Of a stretch of 64,000 bases of DNA, positions 25,703 to 38,924 are shown piece after piece. A model generated the notes under the pieces. The model was not told the DNA's origin. It did no database searches and saw nothing but the letters and a program-made list of their open reading frames with translations. The position numbers and the translations under genes were made by a program. Source of the DNA: Octopus vulgaris (lineage: Eukaryota); NCBI GenBank assembly GCA_951406725.2, contig OX597819.1, forward strand, positions 59,334,001 through 59,398,000, written 5' to 3'. Numbering within the stretch: position 1 is the first letter of the stretch; the number at the start of each line of letters is the position of its first letter.

Positions 25703-26760
25703 AACGGGAAGGTTTACGAAAATAAACAAAAGACGAAGGCAGGTGGAGTACAAACAAACAAATGTATTAGTATGGCGCTCAGGAATAGAAATAGAACAAG
25801 TCTTTTACGTTTCAAGCCTACGTTCTTCCACAGAAAGATATACAGAAAAAAAAAACAAGGAGAGAAACAAGGAGAGAAAAAAATGTGTGTAGGAGCTAAC
25901 GATCTAATATGGCGTTCTGACTTCAGGCGACTTCGGGCAGAGGTCAGAGGTCAGACGCTAGAGGGACAGTAGGGGAGATAACAGGGTCAAGTGACTTCCA
26001 AAACGAAGGTGCGTGTGTGTATAAGAGAGTATGTGTGTGTGAAAGAGGGCTGGTGGTCTGGACATGTATGTGTGGGTGTGTGGGTGGTGTGTTGTGATGT
26101 GATATGTGTATGTATGTGTAGGTGTAATGATGTGGGGATGGGTGTGTGGGCAGTGTGCGGTGGGTGGTGTGTTGTGATGTAATGTGTAATGTCGTATGGT
26201 GTGATGTTGTGGGGAGGTGGGGGCGAGAGTGGGGAAAGCCCAGGTGGGGTGTGGGTTCGGCTGGGGGCTGGGGGAGAGTGGTGGTTGTGGAGAGAGTGAG
26301 AGGGGGAGAGAAGAGGGGGGGAGAAATGAGGAGGGGTGGGGTGGTGAGAGGAGGGAGAAGAGGAAGGGGAGGAGGGGGAGAGGAGAGGAGTGATAGGGAG
26401 AGGAGGGGGAGAGAAGGGGAGTGAGGGAGCAGAGAGAAAGAGAGAAGAGGAAGAGGGAAGAAGAGAGAAGAAGAGGGAAGGGGGAAGAAGGGAAAGAAGG
26501 GAAGAGGAGGGAAAGAGAGTAGGGGTGAAAAGATGAAGGACTGAAGAGAAGTAGGAGTCGGGGGGGAGGTTAGATGAAAAGAGGGGGAGAGTTGAGCCCA
26601 AATGGCGTAAAAGAGCGAAGAGAGAAGATTAATCCCTGCTCACGGCGCAAGCGGGAATCCGGATGGCCTCTGTGCAAGGACAATCCGAACACAGACAGGT
26701 GTTGCAAGGAGTGACCGGTGGAGCGGAAATGCTGTGAGACTGGAGGGGAGGGGGAACAAG
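25703..26760 (-). mobile_element. Penelope-like element 3' end (GIY-YIG C-terminus, CT/CA-rich UTR, HHR)
   Basis: PVSQHFRSTGHSLQHLSVFGL..REQGLIFSLRSFTPFGLN at 26570-26750; ends in (TA)n. Confidence 0.85.
25801..25838 (-). ncRNA. Minimal HHR variant (A6U) in the PLE 3' UTR
   Basis: TCTTT-CTGTGGA-A-GAAC gtag GCTT-GAAA-CG-TA-AAAGA; stem I 5 bp, stem II decayed relative to the 14831 copy. Confidence 0.65.
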
Positions 26761-29700
26761 ATAGTTGTAAATGAGCATCACTATCATAGAGAAAATGCCT
26801 CTCACTTCCAATCTTCTGTGAAAACATGTTCAGCCATAGAGAAATATTATCTTGCTTGGAGGGTCAGTAACAGGAAGTGCATCCAGCCATAGAAAATCTA
26901 TCTCAACAAATTCTATTCGACCCATACAAGCTCCGAAAAGTGAACATTAGAATGAAATGGAAAATGAAATGATGATTTCTTTAATTTAATCATAAATGAT
27001 TGATTTTTTTTCCCTCCATTTTATAATGAATAGAAACCAATATTTCCATTATATAGATAACCATCAGCTTTCTTAGCAAACATATCCAGACACTACATAG
27101 TGAACTATGTAATGTGATCCTACACTAATCGGAAGCATTAGTATTATTAGACCATGGATCATTTCTGATTGAACAAAACTATACTGTTTCAATCAAGACC
27201 ATTTTAACAAAACTTTCAAATCATGTTTCAGGGCTAGACAGTCATGTGATTGTTGTAAATGAGCAAGTCCTACAAGTCCTTCTATTAAAATAACAAAAGT
27301 CTAGCAATGGGAAAATATTACCTTGCTTAGAAGCAGGTGAGTGTTGGTAACAGGAAGGACATCCAGTCATAAAAAATCTGCCTCAACAAATTCTGTCAAC
27401 TCATGCAAGCATGGGAAAATGGACATATGATGATGATGATGGGATAATGATGATAATGACGAGATAATGATGATGATGATGATGACAGTCCTAGAACAGA
27501 GGTGATTTACTTGTGAATGCTGTTCTATGTCTTAATTGCAGCCTGCAGGAATGTCTACAGTTAAAAAGCACATTTTGTTGTAGTTGAGTAGTTCAGGTTG
27601 TTGCAGTTGGGCAATGCATTACACTTCTTGACCTACATTCCCTGTTGCACCAAATATAGTTAATTACTAACTAATCAAAGTTTATAATAACTTTGATAGG
27701 AATTGACTACAGAACCATTCAATTAAGTAATACAGCAGACAGTTTTACAAATAAACGCTTGATTACGTTGAGTATTATTACTATGCTGTATAAGCCTTTG
27801 ATTATAATTCTGTAACCACACAGGATTTTTTTATAGGATTATTAAACTAACTTCTGTACTTGAATGGTATTTTATCTACGATAGAAAGTTAAAGGCAAAT
27901 TTGACCTCATGAGATTTGACCTCAGAATCTAACGGACCATAACTAAGTACCATCTATCCTCATTTATTACAGACATTACAAAATTTTTTTTTTAAATGGA
28001 GTTGAATGAATAAGCAATAAATGGATTATAGAACATATGGGAAACAAGGAGTTTCATTCTGAGATTCCAAACAGTTTTTTTTTTTTTATAAACACACATA
28101 ATAATATTGCTCCATGATTGGAATAATACTTAGAGTAAAATTTAATTACATATGATTAGTAAATAATAAATACACTCATTTACATCATTTGTTAGGACCA
28201 GGCACCTTTGTAATTTTTCTTTCCAATGGTGGCCTGTTGACGAGTACATGTATGTAAATTCATATAAAAAAAGCTGCCTTGCATGATGATGTAAAAATGA
28301 GGGCATTCGGGGTGACTGAACATTGTGGATGGTTACTGGGGTGAGCTTTTACAAACCAAACAGTATATTTAACTGATCATTGGCTTGTGTTATGAAAGAT
28401 CCATACATAAAAAGCATAACATGGTTCGCAATAGAACATGCCATATTATCCTGGATCAGTAAGGGATGAATTAGCGATAAATGAAGACATAAATGAGGAC
28501 ATTCTATCAGCTTCTCATCAATGTCATCATATTATAGACAAATCTCTTCTGGTAAGCCAAGTCTGTAATTACTGCTTATAATAATTTCTCTTCACTTAAA
28601 TCGCCACAGCTGCTAAAAAAAAAGACAGTTATATTTATGTAAGATATTTTGTGGAAATTTTTCTAAGCTTAATTTATAGGGTTGGAATCATAATTGGTAA
28701 ATATACCAACTTATTCCAGAAATGAATTTGAGTCCCTCTTAGTACACTTGTGTTTAATATATTTTCTAAAATTTGGTTTCTTACTTTTAGATTTTCAAGA
28801 ATACAAGAAGACATGAGCCATGTGATGTTCATGGATTTATCAAGAGTATGTTAGCAACAAATATGAAATAGAATGGCTACTATTAGGAATCATAACTGAG
28901 CTACAGTTGTACACCTGGCTTGTTGAGAGTTTATTTTCAATTCTACAGTATTTACTACAGAAACTCAGAAATTTAATTCTAAAACCAAGTTGATTCTTCA
29001 TAAAGCAGAGAGACTCAGAAGGTTCATGTTTAGCTTCAGTTTTTGTAATGTTAATTTCTATGAGGTTAACAGATGCAGACCGTCTCTGGAAGTTCTGCTT
29101 CTTGCTTTCCACTTGGGTAAACAATAGAATTAAATATGAAGTCCAGAGATGTAAGACATCTGAAACAGGAATATGAACTCGCTCTCTGAAGCTGAGAATC
29201 TGGTCTTATCCCTTTGGTCATTTAATATAGTATGAAGTAATTTGGAAGAATATGAGGTAATCAAATCAGAAAGTTATGTGATTGATAAAGCCACTCCTTT
29301 ACTGTAGGGTCTAGCATGAAATTAGCCATTTTATTACCATATTTCTTTTGAAATACACTAGCTTTCTTTGAATTATTTTGGAAAAAAAATGGAGAATGAT
29401 GAGAGACCTAAAAACTGAAAATACAGGAAATATGTAGATCAAGTATGAGATACAAAATGAGAGGAAAAGGCGTTTCTCCAATTAAAGACAATAAAATGAC
29501 TGGTCATAGAATTAAAATTAGCTAATGAATTGTTGTGAACTAGTTTAGATTCATGGTGAAGTATGAAATGAACCAAGTAAATCAAAGTTAACTAAACAGC
29601 TATCTGACAGTCAATGATTGTCTTCAAAATTTTCACATCAACTTAACCTCTATTTTACATTTAAAACAATATATTCATTTCTCATAAACGTGCATGTGCA

Positions 29701-30405
29701 GGCATACACACACACATACACATGTACACAAAGTCACATGAACAACTTCCAATCTATTTTTACCAAAATAAGCGTGTTTTTTTCCCACCAACTTGTATCT
29801 TCAACCTGTTTCTGTGAGATTGTCAGACCCTCTATCTACACGTCTTGACCTATCACAATTCTGATTAATCTACAAAGGAAGCTCCTACAGTTTTTCTTTA
29901 GGTGAATTTATTTCCATGCTTTTCTCAATATGTTATTTTTTCTTTTGAATTGGTAGTAAGTATTCTCTCAGAAACACATGCTTATCTTTTTCTGCTGAGC
30001 CAAACAGGTTCATTGAGTAAATTTCCATAATGATAGGCAAGTGCAAGATGCATATTTTAACTACAAATTGTAAATGGAACCAGTATACAGTGGGTTATCC
30101 TGAGGTTGCCATTGCAGGTACTCAAAGTCATGAACCCCACCCAAGCTACAGACAAGTTTGATTCAGTCAGAGACTTTCCACGTACGGTGGTATCAGTCGT
30201 AAAGGATGAGGTGTGCTGTTTGGTTTAAGTTTTAGAACTTAAATCATTTATTCAACTCTATTTGTTAAAATACTAAATTGACTTTAACGAAATTTCAGTT
30301 GAAATACAATTATTGCTATGTTACCACTGAAATTTAATAATTTTAAATTCTTGATGCTACTCTAGAACAAAATATTCTATAGTAGAGTAATATAGTTTTC
30401 ATGAA

Positions 30406-30443
<38 letters not shown>

Positions 30444-30450
<7 letters not shown>

Positions 30451-30751
30451 TTTTGTTATTTCTTTTAAAGCCAAAACAAAGCAAATTACAAAAATTAATA
30501 CTACAGGTCAATGGTTAGTACATTTACCTGGTATTTCAATATTTCAGGATTGGGACCCCTTCTTCAGGAAATCTATGGAGAAAAGGTGTTGTAAGCAGAG
30601 AAGTCACCTAACAACACGTTTTCTCAATAGGTTTCCTGAAGGTGTCCCAAGACTGTAATATTGAAATACAAGTAATAAGACTAACCATTGACCTGTATTA
30701 TTTTTATATAACTTGCTTTGTTTTATCTTTAAAAAAATTATCAAAGATGTT
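30444..30751. mobile_element. Fold-back element (~145-bp arms) carrying an HHR
   Basis: TACAGGTCAATGGTTAG / CTAACCATTGACCTGTA and AAAACAAAGCAA / TTGCTTTGTTTT; next to (TA)n. Confidence 0.8.
30533..30572 (-). ncRNA. Minimal type-I HHR
   Basis: ATTTC-CTGAAGA-AGGG gtcccaa TCCT-GAAA-TA-TT-GAAAT. Confidence 0.75.
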
Positions 30752-30757
30752 CTGTAT

Positions 30758-31202
30758 CAGTGGTTTTCAAACATTTTTTGCCTATGGACCACTTTGATTT
30801 ATATTTTTCTCAACTGGACCCTAATGACAAAAATAATTCTACAATATTTTTATAATTAAATATTATTAAGAATTGTCTGAAAAAAAACCCTACATTATTT
30901 ACATTTGACGGATATTTGTCCTCATCTTGTTTGTTGTTAACACAGCATTTCGGCTGTGTTTTCAGGATGGCTGGAGGGTATATGAGCCAAAACGTTGTGT
31001 TAACAACAAACAAGATGAAGACAAATATCGTCAAATGTAAAGAATGTACATAATTCCTAATCTCTTAAATGTAGAACTGAAAAAAAACTGTTGAAATATT
31101 TTGTGCATTGTTGAAATATAACCAATTTATTGCACATATATTTTAACAACAAAATCTTATACAAAGTCACAAGGTCATATGGGCCAAGGTTGAGAATCAC
31201 TG
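30758..31202. mobile_element. hAT (Charlie-like) MITE with nested fold-back insert at 30891-31079
   Basis: TIRs CAGTGGTTTTCAA / TTGAGAATCACTG; 8-bp TSD TTCTGTAT / TCCTGTAT; insert is the same family as 38733-39085. Confidence 0.85.
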
Positions 31203-31827
31203 TCCTGTATTACATGTTTTCTGAAGAAAAGGAAAATCTCTTCTCAGAAACCAGTTTTACATATCTTACTTAGTAGAAGCAATACTGAGTGGAGTGGCAG
31301 TAAGCACCCAGAGCACCAAATCTATGATACAGGTTCGATTCTCAGGTGGAAATTTTACTTCACTTGCCCTTTATGTTTGTAACTTCTGGCCCATATTCGG
31401 AAGATTAGTGAATGATGAAGTTTACCAGGTTGACAGGATCTTGACCCATCATTTGAAGTGTGTCAAGGACAAGTCAGAGCTTCAGTTATCAATGAAGGAT
31501 AACAGTACATTTGATACTTCAATATAATGAAGACAGTATATATTTAGAGAACCCTTGCTGACACTGCTAATACTATTGTTTAATGGATAGTAATGCAAAA
31601 CTGCTGTTGCAGCTAATTGTCAAATATATAAGTGTTTTGTCAGCTTTTTTCAATTATAATCATTGCTGCTATTACAGAAAAGAACTAAGACTTCATTCTC
31701 TGATTGAAGTATTTCACATCATTTGTGCTGGTATTTACTTTCAATTAAAAATATCACTCATACTGGGAATTTTGTTGATTAATCCTATTTCTCTCAGTTA
31801 TACAACTCCATATACATACATACATAT

Positions 31828-31987
31828 AGGCGCAGGAGTGGCTGTATTGTAAGAAGCTTGCTTCCCAACCTCACACTTCCAGGTCCAGTCTCACTGTGTG
31901 GCACCTTAAGCAAGTGTCTTCTACTATAGCCTCAGGCCAACCAAAGCCTTGTGGGTGGATTTGGGAGATAGAAACTGAAAGAAGCCT

Positions 31988-32027
<40 letters not shown>

Positions 32028-32273
32028 TGTATGTATGTATGTATGTATGTACTTGTGTATCTGTGTTTGTGCTCCCCCCCTACTATCACTTGACACCGAT
32101 GTTGGTGTGTTTACATCCCTGTAACTTAGCAGATCAGCAAAAAGAGACTGATAGAATAAGTACTAGGCTTACAAAGAATAAGTCCTGGGGTCAATTTGTT
32201 TGACTAAAGGTGGTGCTCCAGCATGGCCACAGTCAAATGACTGAAACGAGTAAAAGAGTAAAAGAAAAAAAGA
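31828..32273 (+). mobile_element. SINE S1
   Basis: Full-length alignment to 8217-8665. Confidence 0.9.
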
Positions 32274-32288
32274 ATATATATATATATA

Positions 32289-32506
32289 TACAAAGGGTTG
32301 CTGAAGGTTCCTGGTTTTAAAGATATCCTGAAAGGCCTGGTTGGAGGCCCAAACTTCTGAGTTCTTTACAGGGTTTAGAAAATTTGAAGGACCACTGCAA
32401 GAAGTGTGTGAATCTGAGAGGTGAATATGTTGAATAGAATCATAATTAACTGATCATCCAGTATTTTCTTTTACCCAAAATCAGGAACTTTTCAGCACCC
32501 CCTCAT
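32289..32506 (+). mobile_element. Mariner-derived MITE
   Basis: TIRs ~TACAAAGGGTTGCTGAAGGTTCCTG / CAGGAACTTTTCAGCACCCCCTCATA; internal KCVNLRGEYVE* transposase tail; opposite-orientation copy at 58655-58877. Confidence 0.85.
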
Positions 32507-32795
32507 ATATCATCATCATTTAATGTCCACTTTCCATTCTGGCATGTGTCAGACAGTTTGAGATGGAGCTGTCCAGACTCCAATTGTCTGTTGTGGTATG
32601 GTTTCTATGACTGAATGCCCTTCTTAATGCCAACCACTTAATAGAGTGTGCTGGGTACTTTTTACATGCTTCTGGCATGGGTGCATTTATGTGGCACCGG
32701 CACCTGAAAAGAGAAGCCTGTATCTGTGGAAGCCAGTGATTTTACTTAGCTTGACACGTCTTATGAAGTATGGCAAATTGCCATATCCCCTGGTC

Positions 32796-32844
<49 letters not shown>

Positions 32845-32850
<6 letters not shown>

Positions 32851-33140
32851 CAAAAATGGGACAAGAACACAAAACATCCAGACAGCTAAGTGATACAAAA
32901 ACGGGACAACAAAACATCCAGACAGACGACACAAAGAAAACAAGGACGGGCCACTTGGAGCCCTTCATCCCCAGTCAAGTTCCAGACTATCTTTGCAACT
33001 TCGGCCGGCTACACTTGAGACCACTTCAAAGATAGTCTGGAACTCGACTGAGAATGGAGGGCTCTGAGTGGCCCATCCTTGTTTTCTTTGTGTTGTCTGT
33101 CTGAATGTTTTGCGTTCTTATCCAATTTTTGTATTTTTTT
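32845..33140. mobile_element. Inverted pair of P2-family 3' ends, A-to-G-rich variant
   Basis: 32845-33025 (-) and 33027-33140 (+) both align to 14535-14705. Confidence 0.85.
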
Positions 33141-34061
33141 ATATATAAAATATAGTAGCATACGTACACTTTGGTCTTTGATATATATATATATAGATAT
33201 AGATAGATAAAACTTACTTGAAAATGGATGCATGGCATTCAATCATATGATAATATAAATAATACATAAATATATACATATATGTACATACCTACATATA
33301 TATATATATGTATATATACATGCATATATGGGTACAGGACATCAAAAAAACGTCCACAAAATGAGAAATGAGAACATAAAAAGCAAAAAACATAAAAAAC
33401 GAACTTTTTTCGAACAACGAAAGAAACAAATACAGAAACAATGTATGTATGTATGTATGTATGTACTTGTGTATCTGTGGTTGTACCCCACCCCTACTAT
33501 CACTTGACACCGATGTTGGTGTGTTTACATCCCTGTAACTTAGCAGATCAGCAAAAAGAGACTGATAGAATAAGTACTAGGCTTACAAAGAATAAGTCCT
33601 GGGGTCAATTTGTTTGACTAAAGGTGGTGCTCCAACATGGCCGCAAAGAACATTCCTTTCATCAGTTGTCCCCTGTTTTATCTACTCTGTGTTTCGAAGG
33701 TAGGGAAAGACGTAACTTTGTTAAAACAGTCCTTCCTGCAAAGCAAATTAAATCAAAAGAATACACACACACACATTCATAATGATGATGCAGGTATGAC
33801 TGCATAGTTGAATAACTTTCTTTACAAGTTTCAGGTTCAATCCCACTGTGCAGCAAGTGTCTTCTACTATATCTCTGGCTCAACAACTGCCTTATTAGTG
33901 AGTTTGGCAGATGGAAACTGTGTGGAAGCAGCCCATTAGGTTTGTGTATGTGAAAAAGAGAGAGAGAGAGAGTCTGTGTCTGTGTACATGCATGTTTTTG
34001 TGTTCATGCACCATAACAATTGACATTTGGTGATGGTTTGTTTATGCCCCCACAACTTAGC

Positions 34062-34131
34062 AGATTTGGTAGACAGAAACTGAGTAGATTTGGTAGACAG
34101 AAACTGAGTAGATTTGGTAGAAAGAAACTGA
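34062..34131. repeat. 24-bp tandem triplication inside an S1 SINE
   Basis: AGATTTGGTAGACAGAAACTGAGT x~3. Confidence 0.9.
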
Positions 34132-35259
34132 AAGAAGCCCATCGTGTGTGTGTGTGTCCATCTCACCACTTGATAACCAGTGCCACTGTGTTTACATCCC
34201 TATAACTTAGTGGTTGAGCAAAAGATACTAATAGAATAAGTACCAGGCTTGACAAAAAAATAAGTGCCTGTGTGAATTCATTCAACTAAAACTTCTTCAA
34301 GCAGTGCCCCAGCATGGCCACAAGTAAAAGAAAGAAAGAAAGAAAGACAGACAGATAACAAGTTTAAGCAATCCTAGCTGGCCTAACAGATAGCCTTTCC
34401 TGATAATACAGTTTATCTATTCATTCGAATCAATAATCTTTTCATCAAAAGCCCAACTGTTACTTAATCTTTAATCTTCACAGAACTTTTCAAAATCTGC
34501 CAACGGAACGCTAAAGACTTCTCTATCATTCTTAAATTGTTACTAGAACTGTTTCTTCTGCCAGAAAGTACAAGAGAACCACAACATTGCAGCTACATAT
34601 CACAGAGGAAATCTATGATAAAAGTAGAGAATACAACTTACCTTTGTCCTTTCTCTTTGTAACATTTCTTCAGTTATGTACCATTGATGTTTCTATTGAT
34701 TCTTCCCACCCCACCCCCACAGTCCAAAATCTATTAACATAAGGAATTCCTTAAATCCTTGAGTATTAGTGTTATATATCTTACAACAGTTTAGAATGTA
34801 CTAATCAATGTACCCATATTTGAGGCAAAATTATCATGATCTTATCCCTCACCCTTCCACTGAATTCTTCATCTCTCACATCTACACACATATGTATACA
34901 CATTCCACCATGTGATTGACTACAAAAATTGTAAAGATATTAAGATATTTTCTTAACATGAAACTAATGGTAGCCTTAAAACACAAATAAAGAAAATTTA
35001 TCCACCAATGCGATCTTGAACACTAATTCTCATTGTTTAACATTTATGTATACACATATACACACACACACATATCTATATATACACACACATTCGACAA
35101 GAATATGCATATGGATATGTGTGTGTGTGTGTGTGTGTGTGCGTGTGTTTGTATATATATATATACACACACATGCATATATAAATACATATGGACAGCA
35201 TGTGCAGCATCAGCACCACATAAGCACAAAAAATATCCCTAAAGTGCAATTTGGGAGAC

Positions 35260-37265
35260 TGCAGTAGTCAGACTTGCCAAGAAAGAATGTCGTAATGCTG
35301 AACAGGAATACAAACTGCATAAATCAGATATAAACAGGAAAAAGTGCAATAAATCATCCAACCACCTCGAGCAGGTGACAAAAAGAGCAGTGCATAGCAA
35401 CCAACCCTGACAGTTAGGTGTTCTGGAAATAAGTACGTTCAAAGTAGAGACCTCACTCTCCAGTTGGTCCTCTTTGCAATCCCCACGCAAGCCAGATTAC
35501 TAATGATCCCAAAGAATGCACAGAACTCATTGCTGATGCTATACAGGTATTTTTACTATCGTAAACCAAAACGCATCATCTCCTCCACCTGACAGCAAAT
35601 TCCATAACAACTATGGAATTTACAACTGCAATGCTGCAACGTCACCTTAAGAATAAGCGTAACTATGCCTCTCCTGGTCTTGATGGTGTCACATACCTGC
35701 TTCTCAAATGTGGTGGGTACTTTCTTCTGCACCAGCTGTCGCTCTTCTTTCAGTTCCGTCTTAACAAGAGTGCAAACCTGGAGCAGTTGAAAACTGCCAG
35801 TGTCATTTCTCTGTTCGAAAAGAGTGACCATACGTCGCCTGTCAACTATCGTCCAGTCAGTCTTACCAGCTGCATTGCCAAACTGATGGAATCCTGTGTC
35901 AGAGAAACACTCTGGAACTTCTGGAATTCTTACTGCCTTATCCAACCCTCACAATTTAGATTTATCCCTAACTCCAGCTGCTGTGATCGACATCACTTGG
36001 GTCAATGATGGCATCTCATGGGTTGATGTTGTTTACCTTGATTTTGCTAAAGCTTTTAATTCTGTGCCACACAAAAGACTTATGGCAAAATTCTCAGCAA
36101 TGGGTGTGAAAGATGATCTTTTTAACTGGTTGGAGTCTTTCATTCTCAGCCAAAAAGAGGCAGTCACAGTTCTAGGACAACATTCTTCACCTTTTGTCAT
36201 CTGGTTCTTGGATCTGTTCTTGGTCCCCTTTTATTTGTTGCATACATTAATGACATAGATGCCAACTCCAAGAATGCCACAGTGCTGAAATAAGCAGATG
36301 ACATCAAGTTGTACCTTGAGATAAAAAGGACAGATCCTGAACACTATAGATCTTTCCTGCAATCGGACCTGGAAACAATGCAACAATGGATCACAGACTG
36401 GCAACTCAAGATGGCTGTGAACAAGTGAACCACCACACATTTTGGGACAAAAAACCCAGCATCCACATACTCTCTCCACAACACTAATATCAAGAAGTCT
36501 TCTTGTGAATGTGACCTAGGTATTACCATCAGCAGCGGTTTGTGCTGGACAAAGCATATCTATAAAATTGTGAAGAAGGTCAAGTGTGTCTTGGCATCAC
36601 TCAGCAAGACCTTTGTCAGTCGTTCTCCAGCTATCTAGATAAGGCTGTATATGGCTATGGTGCAGCCACACTTGAAATTTGCATCACCAGTCTGGAACCC
36701 CTATCTTGCTCAGGACATTGACTTCCTAGAAACTGTTCAGAAACGTGCAACCAAGTGAATACCCTCCATCAAGCATCTACCATACTCTGAACACCTTGCT
36801 TCTCTGGGCAAAGATACATTGAAGCTCCGATGTCTGGCAACTGACTTGGTAAATACCCACAAAATTATTAACCATTGTGCCAGCAACCACCTTGAGCACC
36901 TTTCTGAGCTCCATGTGTCTAACACGTGTGGGCATGCCTACAAAGTTAGAAAACAGCACAGCTCCCATGACTTTCAGAGACATTTTTTCACACTCAGAGT
37001 TGCTGAAGCATGGAACAAACTACCTGCATCAGTTGTTAGTTGCTGAGACATTGCATCTTTTAAAACTTCCATGCTTCCTGAAATTCGCCAACACTACACC
37101 TGATATCCCCCCCACCTCCATACACATACACACATGTATATCATGACTCATACACTGTTCACTTTCCTGACTTTTGTACATAATTCTATGTACTGTACAT
37201 GCACCTTAGATGACTTGTAGTGCACCTGAACGCTATACACAATAATTTCACTATCATTATTATTA
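35260..37265 (+). pseudogene. CR1-clade LINE reverse transcriptase, inactivated, with 3' tail
   Basis: ASPGLDG, PVNYRPVSLTSCIAKLME, VDVVYLDFAKAFNSVPHKRL, GSVLGPLLF, *ADDIKLY, FASPVWNPY, HFFTLRVAEAWNKLP; (ATT)n tail; many stops. Confidence 0.95.
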
Positions 37266-38804
37266 TATACATATATATTTATACAAATATACATATACAC
37301 ATATTTATACATACACACACACACGCATATATATATACACACACACTTACATATGTGTGTGTATAGAGACATATATATTTCCTTCTGAGTCTAACAGGTT
37401 ACTGTCTCTTACTCTTCTATGTTCTTGTAACTTTACACTTTCAAAAATAGAAAAATGAGATGAGAGCTGACAAACATAACTAAGGTTTCTCAAGATCAAA
37501 CTTATTTACATACAAGATTCTGTTAATGAACTTCAGCAGTTACAGCTATATTCAGGTCAACACTTTGAGAATTACAGGGATCAGCACATATTTATGATTA
37601 TTAGGCAGAACCAATTTGATGTTTTCAATATAGGTCAACTGTTTATAACTATCATCCTAATAGCAAAATGCTGAGTGAAGCATTTTAAAAAGACATTAAG
37701 TGTAGCTATTTCAAAGAAAACTAACCTTGATACAACAATTAGGCTTTATTGAACTACATGTAGAATTCGGAGGTAGCCTGTTTCTGCTTCCTCAAAGTCT
37801 TCAAGTTTCAATCAATATCCAATGCATTTTTCATTGCTACAAAACTATTAATATGATTGCATTATTATGGATTGGCAGAATAAGTAGAGTGTCAGACAAA
37901 AAGTCTTGTGGCATCTAGTTGCATCACTTTATATTCTCAATTTAATTCCCGCCAAATTTTGGCTTTGCCTATCCTCCTATCCTCCTTCCCTCCATGAAAA
38001 GATAAGCACCTGCTGCCATTTACAAGAGGTTGATCTAATTGATTGTTCCTGTTTCAAAATTTTAGTGCTTTGTACTAAAGTGAGAATCAAACCTTCCTCT
38101 TCCTCCCCATCATCATTTAACATCTACTTTATCATGCTTGCAACAGTCAGATGAATTTTTGGAGACAGAGTTTCTAAAGCCAGGTGCCCTTTCTCTCACC
38201 AGCTCTCTTTTGTTTCCAAATAAGCTAATACTGTCCCATAGCTAGACATGTTTTTCACAGAAGACTGGAAACAAACAACCTCATTTACAAACATCACATT
38301 ATGTCTAGACAGGAGAGGGATATACACAAACACACGAAAACACACACATGCAATAAGCTTCTTTTAGTTTGTCTACTAAATCCACTCACAAGGCTTGAGA
38401 TGGCTAAGGGCTATAGTAGAAAATACAGGTCCAAGGTGCCATGCAATGAGACTGAACCCAAAACATTATGGCACACATAACACTACATTATGGGCTCACT
38501 CATTCAAAAGGATATTGTTAAAAAGAAAGATAGCAAAGTAAAACAGATGAAAAAGAAGGGACTGACTTTAGGAAGTTTCTATACTCAGAGAATATATGAC
38601 TGCATTCAGACAGGAACAAACATGTAAAGTACATATATGTAAAAATGCAATGTCAAAACAATAACAACTGTAATTATTGTAAGATTTATCTCAACAGTGC
38701 ACCTAACTACTGTACACAGCAAGTATACATTATACAGTTCTATATTTAAGAGATGAGGAATTATTTACATTCGACGGATATTTGTCCTCATCTTGTTTGT
38801 TGTT

Positions 38805-38850
38805 AACACAACGTTTTGGCTGATATACCCTCCAGCCTTCTTCAGGTGTC
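38805..38850 (-). ncRNA. Minimal HHR, G12 lost by CpG decay in this copy
   Basis: GACAC-CTGAAGA-A-GGCTG gagggtatat CAGCC-AAAA-CG-TT-GTGTT; the paralog at 30943-30956 retains CAGCC-GAAA. Confidence 0.7.
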
Positions 38851-38924
38851 TTGGGGAAATTTCAAACCTGGGTTCTCATTCCTAAGGTATCTTTCAATTT
38901 TATTATTATTATTGTTATTGTTCA

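Noticed and set aside
25987-26601. 204-aa Pro/Ser/His-rich ORF
   Set aside because: CT- and CA-rich low-complexity 3' UTR of the Penelope fragment
28200-28560. Minus-strand IDEKLIECP..PG*YGM resembling a piggyBac transposase
   Set aside because: Similarity too short and broken to support without a profile search
30118-30216. Short CpG-retaining open frame VLKVMNPTQATDKFDSVRDFPRTVVSVVKDE with AG/GT borders
   Set aside because: Weak splice signals, open on both strands, no recognisable homology
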